32,000 bases of DNA from Mucisphaera calidilacus (GTDB lineage: Bacteria; Planctomycetota; Phycisphaerae; Phycisphaerales; Phycisphaeraceae): positions 2,190,001-2,222,000 of the forward strand of contig NZ_CP036280.1 of the NCBI RefSeq assembly GCF_007748075.1. The letters run 5' to 3'. Positions 18,024-26,037 of this stretch are shown here, piece by piece. The translations under genes and the position numbers were made by a program. Numbering within the stretch: the first letter of the stretch is position 1; each line of letters opens with the position of its first letter. Under the pieces are notes generated by a model, which ran no database searches, was not told the DNA's origin, and worked only from the letters and a program-made list of their open reading frames with translations.

Positions 18024-19010
18024 ATGAAACGCGTGCTCTCAGGCATCCAGCCCTCCGGACAACTCCACCTCGGCAACTTCTCCGGCGCCATCCAGCAGTT
18101 CGTCGAACTCCAGGCCGACCACGAGATGTTCATCTTCATCGCCTCCTACCACGCACTCACCTCCGTCCGCGACCCCGAGGTCCTGCGCCAGAACATCACC
18201 CAGGTAGCCACCGACTATATCGCCTTCGGACTCGACCCCGACCTGCCCCACGTCAACCTCTACCGCCAGCAGGACGTCCCCGAGGTCACCGAACTCGCCT
18301 GGCTGCTCGCCTGCGTCTGCCCTAAACACATGATGGACAAGGCCACCAGCTTCAAGGACAAGACCGCCAAGGGCCTCTCCGCCTCCATCGGCCTCTACAC
18401 CTACCCCGTCCTCCAGGCCGCCGACATCCTCTCCGTCGACCCCGACCTCGTGCCCGTCGGCAAAGACCAGGTCCAGCACTGCGAGATCACACGCGACCTC
18501 GCACAGAAGTTCAACCACAACTTCGCCAGCGAAGACAACCCCGTCTTCCGACTACCCGACTACCGCGTCCGCGAGGCCGCCGCCCTCCTCCCCGGAATCG
18601 ACGGCCAGAAAATGAGCAAGTCCTACGACAACACCATCGACCCCTTCATGGACGAAAAACCGCTCCGCAAACGCATCATGAAGATCGTCTCCGACGCCAC
18701 GCCCCTCGAAGATCCCAAAGACCCCGACAACGACACCACCTTCCAGATCTTCCGCGCCATCGCAGGCGAACATGACCCCCGAACCGCCGACCTCGCCACC
18801 CGCTACCGCGCCGGCGGACTCGGCTACGGCCACGCCAAGCAGGAACTCTTCGAACTCGTCCTCGACACCTTCGGGCCCGCACGACAGCGACGCGCCGAAC
18901 TCATGAACGACCCCGGCTACATCAACAAGGTCCTCGCCGACGGCGCCGACAAGGCCCGCGCCAAGGCCCGAAGCGTCCTCGACAAGGCCCGACACGCCGT
19001 CGGCCTCTGA
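18024..19010 (+). CDS. trpS: Tryptophan--tRNA ligase
   Basis: MKRVLSGIQPSGQLHLGNFSGAI (HIGH-type motif), YPVLQAADIL, PVGKDQVQHCEITRDLA and KMSKS are present. Start set at ATG 18024. The 485-aa track ORF is a Pro/Ser/Thr-rich read-through across trpF. Confidence 0.95.
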   Translation: MKRVLSGIQPSGQLHLGNFSGAIQQFVELQADHEMFIFIASYHALTSVRDPEVLRQNITQVATDYIAFGLDPDLPHVNLYRQQDVPEVTELAWLLACVCPKHMMDKATSFKDKTAKGLSASIGLYTYPVLQAADILSVDPDLVPVGKDQVQHCEITRDLAQKFNHNFASEDNPVFRLPDYRVREAAALLPGIDGQKMSKSYDNTIDPFMDEKPLRKRIMKIVSDATPLEDPKDPDNDTTFQIFRAIAGEHDPRTADLATRYRAGGLGYGHAKQELFELVLDTFGPARQRRAELMNDPGYINKVLADGADKARAKARSVLDKARHAVGL

Positions 19011-19045
19011 GAACGCCCGCTACACCCCGCAATCACGATTCACGA

Positions 19046-19540
19046 TCACGCGCTCTTCGACAGCCCGCTCAACGCCGTCTGCTGAGACTGCTCGCTAGGC
19101 GAACCGCCCGACGCGTGCCCGTTGTTCTTCTCGATCAACAGCTGCCACGTCTCACGCTCGTAAGAAATCAGACGAATCGCCTCGTCCACCTTCTCGCCGT
19201 CACGCTTCATGCTCGCGTCAACAAGCAGCTTGAACACGTAGTTGTACAACGCCGTCAGCTTGTCGCAGATCTCCGGCGCCGCATCACGATTCAGGCTCGT
19301 CGACAGCTCCAGCACAATCTTCTGCGCCTTCAACAGGTTCTCGTAGCTCTGCTCGAAATTCTCCGCGTCCAGTCCCGCCTTCGCCTGATGACAGAACCTC
19401 AGGCAGCCGTCATAAAGCATCAGGCGGAGCTCTTCCCGGCTCGCCGTCATCACCTTCGTCCGAAGGTACGGGTTCGGGCCTTGTTGCGGGTTGTTAATCA
19501 CGTCGGCTTCCTCAAAGGGCAAGTACGACCGGAACGACAC
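19046..19540 (-). CDS. fliS: Flagellar export chaperone FliS
   Basis: VMTASREELRLMLYDGCLRFCHQA, FEQSYENLLKAQKIVLELSTSLN and LTALYNYVFKLLVDA form the typical FliS four-helix pattern. It lies immediately downstream of fliD. The start codon at 19540 is GTG, and the N-terminus is somewhat longer than usual. Confidence 0.85.
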   Translation of the reverse strand: MSFRSYLPFEEADVINNPQQGPNPYLRTKVMTASREELRLMLYDGCLRFCHQAKAGLDAENFEQSYENLLKAQKIVLELSTSLNRDAAPEICDKLTALYNYVFKLLVDASMKRDGEKVDEAIRLISYERETWQLLIEKNNGHASGGSPSEQSQQTALSGLSKSA

Positions 19541-19618
19541 ATCCGGTACCTGCCTGATATCGGGACGTCGACACCAACGCCATCAGCGACCAAACACCTG
19601 AGGACCGATAACACCGCA

Positions 19619-22600
19619 TCATGAGTTACTGCTCGTCAACGGCGCAATCGCCTGAATCTGACTCAGCGACGAACTCTGCCCCTGCAACTCCGCGAGCGCA
19701 ATCTCCATCGCAATAAACTCCGCCTCCAGCTTCGCCCGCTCACGCTCCAGATCCTCATCGATGTCCTCGATCCGGTCCTGATTCGCCTCCACCAGCGAGT
19801 TCAGCGTGTCCCCACGCTGCTTCAATGTCCCGTCAAAAGAATTCGTGATCGACTCCAGCCACTCGTCCAGCTGCGCCAGAACACCCTGGTTCAACACCGA
19901 ACGATTCCCCTCGTCATCCTCCACCGTTGTCTTCTTCGTGAACAGATCGATCACACCCGCACGATCCTCGCCCACCTCACGATCAAACCGCGCCGCGTCA
20001 AACGTCAGCACACCACCCTCGCCGATCCGGATACCCACCTGCGACAAGACCTTGTACGTCCCCGTCAGCTGACCCGTCGAAAGCGTCACCCGGTTGTACA
20101 GGTTGTTGCGGATCTGCGAGACCGTCGAGTCGCCCAGCAGCAACCCTCGCTCCTCCGTGTCCGCGTTGTAGCTGTCGTACGAGTCGATCGTGCTCACCGC
20201 CTCGTTGAACGACGTCACGAACGTCTCGATCGTCGACTTCACCTCGTCGAGGTTCTCCGAGATGTTGATCGTCACCGGCGTCTCGCTCGTACCGTTCAGC
20301 GTGATCGTCGTCCCGGGAATCAGATCGTCCAGCGTGTTCGTCGTCGACGTGATCAGCACGTCCTTCGACGAACCCAGGAACACCGCCGCGTCCTGAGCCT
20401 CCGTGATCGTCCGCGCATTCACACCCATCCCGCCGTCATCAAACACAAACCCGCCCGACTCGCCCGCCTCACGCGCCGTGAACACCATCCGGTAGCCGCC
20501 GTTCGGGTTCCCGTCGTTCAGGATCGTCGCCACCGCCGGCCCGCCCGCGTCGTTGATCTTGTTCGCGAGGTCCTGGAGCGTCGTAATCTCCACGATCGCC
20601 GAGCCGTTGATCTCGTTCAGGTCCGGGTCGGTCGAACCCAGAATCCCAAGGTCCGCCGCAAGAGGCGACCCGTTCAACGCCTCGATCCGAAGCGCATCAC
20701 TCCCGCTCGTGAAGTCCACCACATCCAGACCCGACTCCGTGTCGTTGATCTTCACCTCCAGATCACGATTGCCCGTGACCGCCTCCACCTGCGACTCGAT
20801 GAACTCGATCACGTCCGCGATACTCGTCGTGCTCGCATCGCCATCGAAACCCTTGTTGACCGCGTCGAAGTTCAGCTCGATCTCCGTGCCGTCCTTCAGC
20901 GTGATCTTGATGTCGTTCTGGTTCTCGATGTCGCCCAGGCCCTCGCCGTCATTCAACACCGAGATGTCCGTGTCCAGCGTCAGCTTCTCACTCGAGAACG
21001 TGATCCGCGTCTCAAACGAACCATCCAGATCACCGCCCGGCTCGTCCGCCTCCCCCAGCAACCCGAGCGTCCGCGCCGTGCTTGAACCACGCTCCTCGAT
21101 CTTGATCGCCTGAAGCGGAACCGTCCCCGTCGGCACCTTGTCCTCGATCAGGATCCCGTCGCCCGTGTCGTTGATCCGCGCCTCGATCGCCAACCCCTTC
21201 GAGTTGATCTCGTCGATCACGTCGCCGAGCGTCACCTCGTTGCCCTGCGTCAGATCCACCACCGCCGAATCATTCAACGCGTCCGTGATCGTGAACTGGC
21301 CACGCACGATGCCCAGCTTGTCCAGCCGCGTCGCCTCCGAGATGTACTTGAGCTGCAGGTTGCCGCCGTCGACCGACCCGCCCGTGTGCTCGCCCACAAT
21401 CCCCAGCTCCGACGCCAGCATGCCACCCTCCTCGGTCACCGTCAGGCTGCCCGAGCCACCCGAAACGTCCTTCAACTCAATACCGTTGTTCGCGCCATTG
21501 ATCGACGCATACACCCCGATCGACGAGGTCGCCGCATTGATCTGATCCACAAGGTCCGTCACCGACTCAGCGCCCGCCAGGTCAAAGATGACGGTCGCCC
21601 CGAGACCGTTCGTCACGCCGATCTCATCCTCGATCGCCAGGCCGCGACCACCCAGAAGATTGGTGACCAGCTTCGAGCCCATCTCCGCGACCAGCCGGCC
21701 GCCCACGATCTCATCACCCGCCACGTCCCCGACAATCCCCAGGTCCGTCGCCGCGCTGCTGCCCGACGCGTCCGCCACCACGAGGTTCCCGCCCCCGCCC
21801 GTCGTGTCAACGAGCGTCAGGCTCGATCCGTCACGCACCCCGCCGTCCGAAACCTTCGCCGTCACCGCCCCACCCGTCGCCGACGCGATCGCATCCATCA
21901 CATCGCCAAGCGACGTCGCCTCGCCAAGATCCACCGAGTGCGTCGCACCCGAACGATCCGTGATCGTGAAGTCCGTCGAGAACGACGACATCCGGATGCC
22001 GTTCCCGTCGTTGAGATTCGTCAGCACCGTCTCCCGGCCCATGTAGTTGAGCCGCGCCGAGACCAGCTTGCCGGTCGGGTCCGAGGCCGCGCTCGCGTCC
22101 ACACCGCCCGACGCCGAGAGCCCCAGGCTCTCCGCCGCCTCCGACTCCGCCACCGTCAGCGTCCCCGAACCGCCCGAGATATCCGTCAGCGTCAGACCGT
22201 CATCCGTGATCGACGCACGCACCCCTATGCCCGTCGTCGTGTTGATCGCCTCGAGCACGTCCTCGATGTTGACCGCCGTGCTGATGTCGATGTCCGCCGT
22301 CCGCCCCGACTGGTCCGTGATCGTCAGCACGCCACGCGTGACGCCCTCGCCGCCCCGGAGCGCCGACAGCCGCGTCCGCGTCGACAAAGCCGACTCCGCA
22401 CGGTCAAAGCTGATCGAACCCGCGTCCAGAGGCGTGATGTCCTTGTCCGAGAAACCGTCCGTGATCACCTGCTGGCTCCGGACCAGCTGCGACACGCTGA
22501 ACGTGTATGAGCCCGGCACCGCCCCCGTCGACGACGTCGCCGACGCCACCGACTCGTTGCTGCTGCTCGCCGTCGTGCTCCGGAAGACCGTCGAACGCGA

Positions 22601-22795
22601 CAGCGTCGACACACTGCTCTTGACCGACAAGAGCTTCGCGCTCACGTCCTGGTACGCCACCTGCTGCGCCGCCAGCTCCGCGTTGCGGATCTCCAGCTGC
22701 GTCCGAGGGCCCGTCTGCAACTGGATCAGCTGATCCACCAGCGATAAATAATCGATGCCGCTGACAAGACCGACACCTGATGTAATCTGTCCCAT
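19619..22795 (-). CDS. fliD: Flagellar filament cap protein FliD (hook-associated protein 2), unusually large with internal tandem modules
   Basis: The N-terminus MGQITSGVGLVSGIDYLSLVDQLIQLQTGPRTQLEIRNAELAAQQVAYQDVSAKL is a classic FliD_N. The C-terminus has the FliD_C core (AQDAAVFLG...ITSTTNTLDDLIPGTTITL, FVTSFNE, GLLLGDSTV..IRN, LSQVGIRIG..G.LTFD) and a terminal coiled coil. Start placed at ATG 22795, preceded by GAGGTG. Confidence 0.85.
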   Translation of the reverse strand: MGQITSGVGLVSGIDYLSLVDQLIQLQTGPRTQLEIRNAELAAQQVAYQDVSAKLLSVKSSVSTLSRSTVFRSTTASSSNESVASATSSTGAVPGSYTFSVSQLVRSQQVITDGFSDKDITPLDAGSISFDRAESALSTRTRLSALRGGEGVTRGVLTITDQSGRTADIDISTAVNIEDVLEAINTTTGIGVRASITDDGLTLTDISGGSGTLTVAESEAAESLGLSASGGVDASAASDPTGKLVSARLNYMGRETVLTNLNDGNGIRMSSFSTDFTITDRSGATHSVDLGEATSLGDVMDAIASATGGAVTAKVSDGGVRDGSSLTLVDTTGGGGNLVVADASGSSAATDLGIVGDVAGDEIVGGRLVAEMGSKLVTNLLGGRGLAIEDEIGVTNGLGATVIFDLAGAESVTDLVDQINAATSSIGVYASINGANNGIELKDVSGGSGSLTVTEEGGMLASELGIVGEHTGGSVDGGNLQLKYISEATRLDKLGIVRGQFTITDALNDSAVVDLTQGNEVTLGDVIDEINSKGLAIEARINDTGDGILIEDKVPTGTVPLQAIKIEERGSSTARTLGLLGEADEPGGDLDGSFETRITFSSEKLTLDTDISVLNDGEGLGDIENQNDIKITLKDGTEIELNFDAVNKGFDGDASTTSIADVIEFIESQVEAVTGNRDLEVKINDTESGLDVVDFTSGSDALRIEALNGSPLAADLGILGSTDPDLNEINGSAIVEITTLQDLANKINDAGGPAVATILNDGNPNGGYRMVFTAREAGESGGFVFDDGGMGVNARTITEAQDAAVFLGSSKDVLITSTTNTLDDLIPGTTITLNGTSETPVTINISENLDEVKSTIETFVTSFNEAVSTIDSYDSYNADTEERGLLLGDSTVSQIRNNLYNRVTLSTGQLTGTYKVLSQVGIRIGEGGVLTFDAARFDREVGEDRAGVIDLFTKKTTVEDDEGNRSVLNQGVLAQLDEWLESITNSFDGTLKQRGDTLNSLVEANQDRIEDIDEDLERERAKLEAEFIAMEIALAELQGQSSSLSQIQAIAPLTSSNS

Positions 22796-22869
22796 GGCAC
22801 ACCTCACAACGACGCGACAGACCGCGCCACATCTTTAGATCGGGTACCCGGTCAGGACGGCTTGAAGAC

Positions 22870-23802
22870 ATGCCCCACACCACCCTGAACCAAAGCCCGT
22901 CAACCCCTTACCCCAACACTATCGGCTGGATCGCCCTGCTCCTGAGCCTGCTGACGATCCCACAGATCACGCTCGGGCAAAGACTTAAAGAAAGCGACCT
23001 CGGAACCACCCTCTGGCTCGAACTCGACACCGCGCCTTTCCCCCACGAGAGCCGCGCCGAGGGCTACACCCGACGCGACACGACCTACCCCTTCGAGGAG
23101 CACTACAACGACAAGACCGTCCTCGTGTTCACGCCCAAGGGTTATAAACCCCTCAATAGCATTGACTTTCTGATCTACTTCCACGGCCACCGCAACCACG
23201 TCCGCCAGGCCGTCGATGTGTTTCGCCTCCGCGAGCAGCTGGTCGCCTCGGGCCGCCAGCTCGTGCTCGTCTTCCCGCAGGGGCCCTACAACGCCTCCGA
23301 CTCGTCGTGCGGCAAGATGGCCGATCAGGACGGCCTAAAGTTATTACTGAAAGATATTTGCGGTCATTACCCGGTCCCCTTCGGCAGCGACGACCCCGCC
23401 ATCGGCAGGGTTGTTCTCTCGGGGCACTCCGGCGCCTATCTTGGGATTGGGCAGTGCCTTAAGGTCGGCGGGCTCCGTGATCACATCGACGAGGTGCACC
23501 TGCTGGACGCCAGCTACGGCCAGTGGGACGCCTACGTCGGCTGGATGGCCGAGGACCCTGCGAGCCACCGCTTCTTCTCGATCTTCACCGACCACCTCGC
23601 TGCTGCTAACGTTGGCATGATCACAGAGTTACAGGCACGCGGCCTGACCGCCACACTCGTCGGCGACCGCTTCGAAACCCTGGGTGGCGGGCCGTGGCCC
23701 CAGCGGGTGTTCGTGCACAGCCGGCTGAGCGACCACAACCAGGCCGTGGCCTGGCTCGAACGCTCGCTGCGCGCCAGAAAGCCAGTTGCAGCAGAGGATT
23801 AG
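22870..23802 (+). CDS. Exported alpha/beta-hydrolase-like protein (putative esterase), function unknown
   Basis: N-terminal hydrophobic signal/anchor (IGWIALLLSLLTIPQITLG). There is an oxyanion-like FLIYFHGH, a nucleophile-elbow-like VVLSGHSGAY (GxSxG = GHSGA), and later HLLDAS and SDHNQ. Its composition differs from both flanks. Its stop overlaps the convergent UDG stop by 4 nt. Confidence 0.7.
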   Translation: MPHTTLNQSPSTPYPNTIGWIALLLSLLTIPQITLGQRLKESDLGTTLWLELDTAPFPHESRAEGYTRRDTTYPFEEHYNDKTVLVFTPKGYKPLNSIDFLIYFHGHRNHVRQAVDVFRLREQLVASGRQLVLVFPQGPYNASDSSCGKMADQDGLKLLLKDICGHYPVPFGSDDPAIGRVVLSGHSGAYLGIGQCLKVGGLRDHIDEVHLLDASYGQWDAYVGWMAEDPASHRFFSIFTDHLAAANVGMITELQARGLTATLVGDRFETLGGGPWPQRVFVHSRLSDHNQAVAWLERSLRARKPVAAED

Positions 23803-24683
23803 GGCTTGGGTGGTGTCTTGCCCAACCGCTCGAGGACGGCGCAGAGGTCGGACCAGACCTTTTTGCGGTTGTCGACGGTGTAGGAGCGGAGCAGGTAGGC
23901 GGGGTGGAAGGTCGGCATCACTGGAACTTCTGGATTGGCATCGACATACGAATGCCAGGTTCCCCGGATCCGTGTGATGCCTTCCCTGGTATTGAGGATG
24001 AGTTTGGCCGCGGGGCCGCCAAGGGTCACGATGGCCTTGGGCCGGATGGTTTCGATCTGGCGACGGAGGTAGCCGGAGCAGGCGTCGACCTCGTCGGCGG
24101 CGGGGTTGCGGTTGCCGGGTGGGCGGCACTTGACGACGTTGGCGATATAAACCTCGCTGCGGGAAAGACCCATAGCAACGATCTGTTTTTCGAGGAGCTG
24201 TCCGGCGCGGCCGACGAAGGGCACGCCCTGCTCGTCCTCGTTCTGGCCGGGGCCCTCGCCGATGAACATGATGTCGGCGTCGGGGTCGCCTTCGCCGAAG
24301 ACGGTCTGCGTACGACCGGCGGCAAGGGCGCAGCGCACACAGGCGGCCACCTCAGACCTTAAGTCGTTGAGAACACTGAGTTTGCCGTCAGAATCGAGCT
24401 CTGGCGCGGATTTCTGATTTTGGTCCATTTTCGCTCGTTTTGAGCCGTTTTCGTCCAAATCGGGTCCGTTTTCGTCCGTTTTGGGTCGTTTTGGCTCGTT
24501 TTCGTGTCGTTTTGTGCGCGCCGAAACCACGTTTGTGCGCGCCTCGGGTGTCGGGTTTGTGCGCGCCGTTTCCGGGCGTTTCGGGGGGAGGTTGGTGGTG
24601 GTTCCGAGGGGGACGGCATCGATGTCGAGGAGCGCATCGGCGTGGAGGTGCTGGCGAAGGCGTCGCAGGTCGCGTGGGTCCAT
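23799..24683 (-). CDS. Uracil-DNA glycosylase, family 4 (Fe-S type), with N-terminal extension and low-complexity linker
   Basis: The C-terminal roughly 190 aa reads C.RC.L...RTQTVFGEGDPDADIMFIGEGPGQNEDEQGVPFVGRAGQLL, VYIANVVKCRPPGNRNP, C..YL..QI, IVTLGG.AA and PTFHPAYLLR. The N-terminal helix DLRRLRQHLHADALLDIDAVPL resembles the leader seen in long-form family-4 UDGs (from memory). An alternative start at ATG 24428 would give a 209-aa core-only protein. Confidence 0.85.
   Translation of the reverse strand: MDPRDLRRLRQHLHADALLDIDAVPLGTTTNLPPKRPETARTNPTPEARTNVVSARTKRHENEPKRPKTDENGPDLDENGSKRAKMDQNQKSAPELDSDGKLSVLNDLRSEVAACVRCALAAGRTQTVFGEGDPDADIMFIGEGPGQNEDEQGVPFVGRAGQLLEKQIVAMGLSRSEVYIANVVKCRPPGNRNPAADEVDACSGYLRRQIETIRPKAIVTLGGPAAKLILNTREGITRIRGTWHSYVDANPEVPVMPTFHPAYLLRSYTVDNRKKVWSDLCAVLERLGKTPPKP
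24436..24567. repeat. Helically phased CGTTTT tracts followed by three copies of TTTGTGCGCGCC
   Basis: CGTTTT starts at 24436, 24446, 24467, 24477, 24487, 24497 and 24508, giving spacings of 10, 21, 10, 10, 10 and 11. TTTGTGCGCGCC occurs at 24511-24522, 24532-24543 and 24556-24567. The array lies inside the UDG linker-coding region. Confidence 0.85.
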
Positions 24684-24839
24684 GGCTTCAGGATACGGTC
24701 TGGCGCGGCTGTAGGGGTTGTGCGGGATGAAGGTCCGAGAAGTCTGGCGGCGGGTGCGGGACGGGTCGGGTGTCCGATAGACGATCGTGCCGACGGAGCC
24801 GCGTGTGGTTCCGCAACCCAGTCAGAAGGAGTCTGATCC

Positions 24840-25346
24840 ATGTCATCTGATGCCAGTACCCAGAACCGCACCGTGCTCGGCGCTGATTGCAGCATTGCCG
24901 GCGACCTCTCGATTGACAACGACGCGACGCTGCTCGGCCAGTTCGAGGGCGAGCTGCGTGTGAGCCGTTCGCTTGAGATCGGCGGCTCGGCGCGAGCGCG
25001 CGGCACGATCATGGCCGGTGCCGTGATGATGTCGGGCGAGGCGGAGGCGGTGATCATCGCTGAGCAGGTGGTTCACCTGCTGCCCGGCTGCCGCGTGAAG
25101 GGCCGTATTTTCGCTCCGCAGCTTCAGGTCGAGGAGGGCGCGATGTTCGACGGCGAGCTGTGCGTGAGCCCGAACGCGATCGAGGCGGCGGAGTCGCACA
25201 TGAAGAGTTCGCAGGCTTCGGCGCGTCCGTCGATGCACGAGAGTGCTCCGGGCGGCCATGACGTCCAGACCGTGCCGAGCGCGGTGGCGACGCTTCTGGA
25301 GCGTCGGCGTCAGCAGCAGTCGGCGAGTGAAGCCCAGGCCGCCTGA
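24840..25346 (+). CDS. Bactofilin (polymer-forming cytoskeletal protein, DUF583 beta-helix)
   Basis: AAGGAG Shine-Dalgarno 8 nt upstream. Bactofilin repeat pattern: TVLGADCSIAGDLSIDNDATLLGQFEGELRVSRSLEIGGSARARGTIMAGAVMMSGEAEAVIIAEQVVHLLPGCRVKGRIFAPQLQVEEGAMFDGEL. The C-terminal tail looks disordered. Confidence 0.8.
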   Translation: MSSDASTQNRTVLGADCSIAGDLSIDNDATLLGQFEGELRVSRSLEIGGSARARGTIMAGAVMMSGEAEAVIIAEQVVHLLPGCRVKGRIFAPQLQVEEGAMFDGELCVSPNAIEAAESHMKSSQASARPSMHESAPGGHDVQTVPSAVATLLERRRQQQSASEAQAA

Positions 25347-25379
25347 GCGTGCTGCTCACAACCGGTCAGGGCATGACCC

Positions 25380-25937
25380 ATGCCGATCAAACCCCCGAGC
25401 CTGGGTTTTCTGACGACACGCAAGCCGGCCCCGCGGTCGCAGCGTTGGGTGAGTTGCCCGACCTGCGGGCGCGGGTTCGAGGTTTCGTCGCGGGCGATTT
25501 CCGCGACGTGCCCGACGTGCACGCGTCACTTCGTCTTTGACGACGTCTCGATCCGCAAGGACACGAAGCGTGACGTCTCGACGATGGGTCATGTTCACGT
25601 GGAGCCGGGCAGCGGGATGATCGGTCGTGTGGTGTGCGGCTCGCTGACGATCGAGGGTCGTTACGACGGCGACGCGACGGTGTTCGGGGCGGCGTTGCTG
25701 GTGGAGGATGCGGACTGCCGGGGGGTGGTCCGGGCGCGGAGCCTGAGCGTGCCGGCGGGGACGACGTTCTACGGCAAGGCTCACATCGGTTCGATGCGGG
25801 ACGACGATCCCGAGACGTTTGGCGTGTTGCCCGGGGGTTCGGTCGAGCCTCATCAGCGTGAGGCGATCCGGACGGTGATCCCGACGCGTCTGAGGCGGAC
25901 GAAGATTCTGAAGGCTGTGGGGGCGGGGGATTCGTGA
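25380..25937 (+). CDS. Zinc-ribbon / bactofilin-like fusion protein
   Basis: The N-terminus has CPTC-x14-CPTC (WVSCPTCGRGFEVSSRAISATCPTCTRHF). It is followed by bactofilin-like beta-helix windings (MGHVHVEPGSGMIGRVVCGSLTIEGRYDGDATVFGAALLVEDADCRGVVRARSLSVPAGTTFYGKAHIG). It starts 33 nt downstream of the first bactofilin. Confidence 0.7.
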   Translation: MPIKPPSLGFLTTRKPAPRSQRWVSCPTCGRGFEVSSRAISATCPTCTRHFVFDDVSIRKDTKRDVSTMGHVHVEPGSGMIGRVVCGSLTIEGRYDGDATVFGAALLVEDADCRGVVRARSLSVPAGTTFYGKAHIGSMRDDDPETFGVLPGGSVEPHQREAIRTVIPTRLRRTKILKAVGAGDS

Positions 25938-26037
25938 GGGGTTCACACGGCCGCCTTGGAGATTCGGTTGCGGTGTGCCACCCGGAGGGGCGGGGTCCAG
26001 AGTTCGCGATTTTGGTTCGCTGAGGGTTGGGTTCTCG

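Noticed and set aside
19011-19045. TCACGAT direct repeat between the convergent trpS and fliS genes as a possible terminator or binding site
   Set aside because: There is no stem-loop or T-run, and the repeat is too short to distinguish from chance.
22796-22869. Sigma28 (TAAAG-N15-GCCGATAA) or sigma54 (TGGCGC-N5/6-TCGC) promoter upstream of fliD
   Set aside because: TAAAG is present, but the downstream element (TCGCGTCG) does not match GCCGATAA. The sigma54-like string has the wrong spacing and lacks TTGC. Both are too weak to call.
24436-24567. CRISPR array or iteron-type plasmid origin
   Set aside because: The units are 6-12 bp with no spacer-repeat organisation, no cas or rep genes are nearby, and an ORF reads through the region. 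It is reported as a phased-tract repeat instead.
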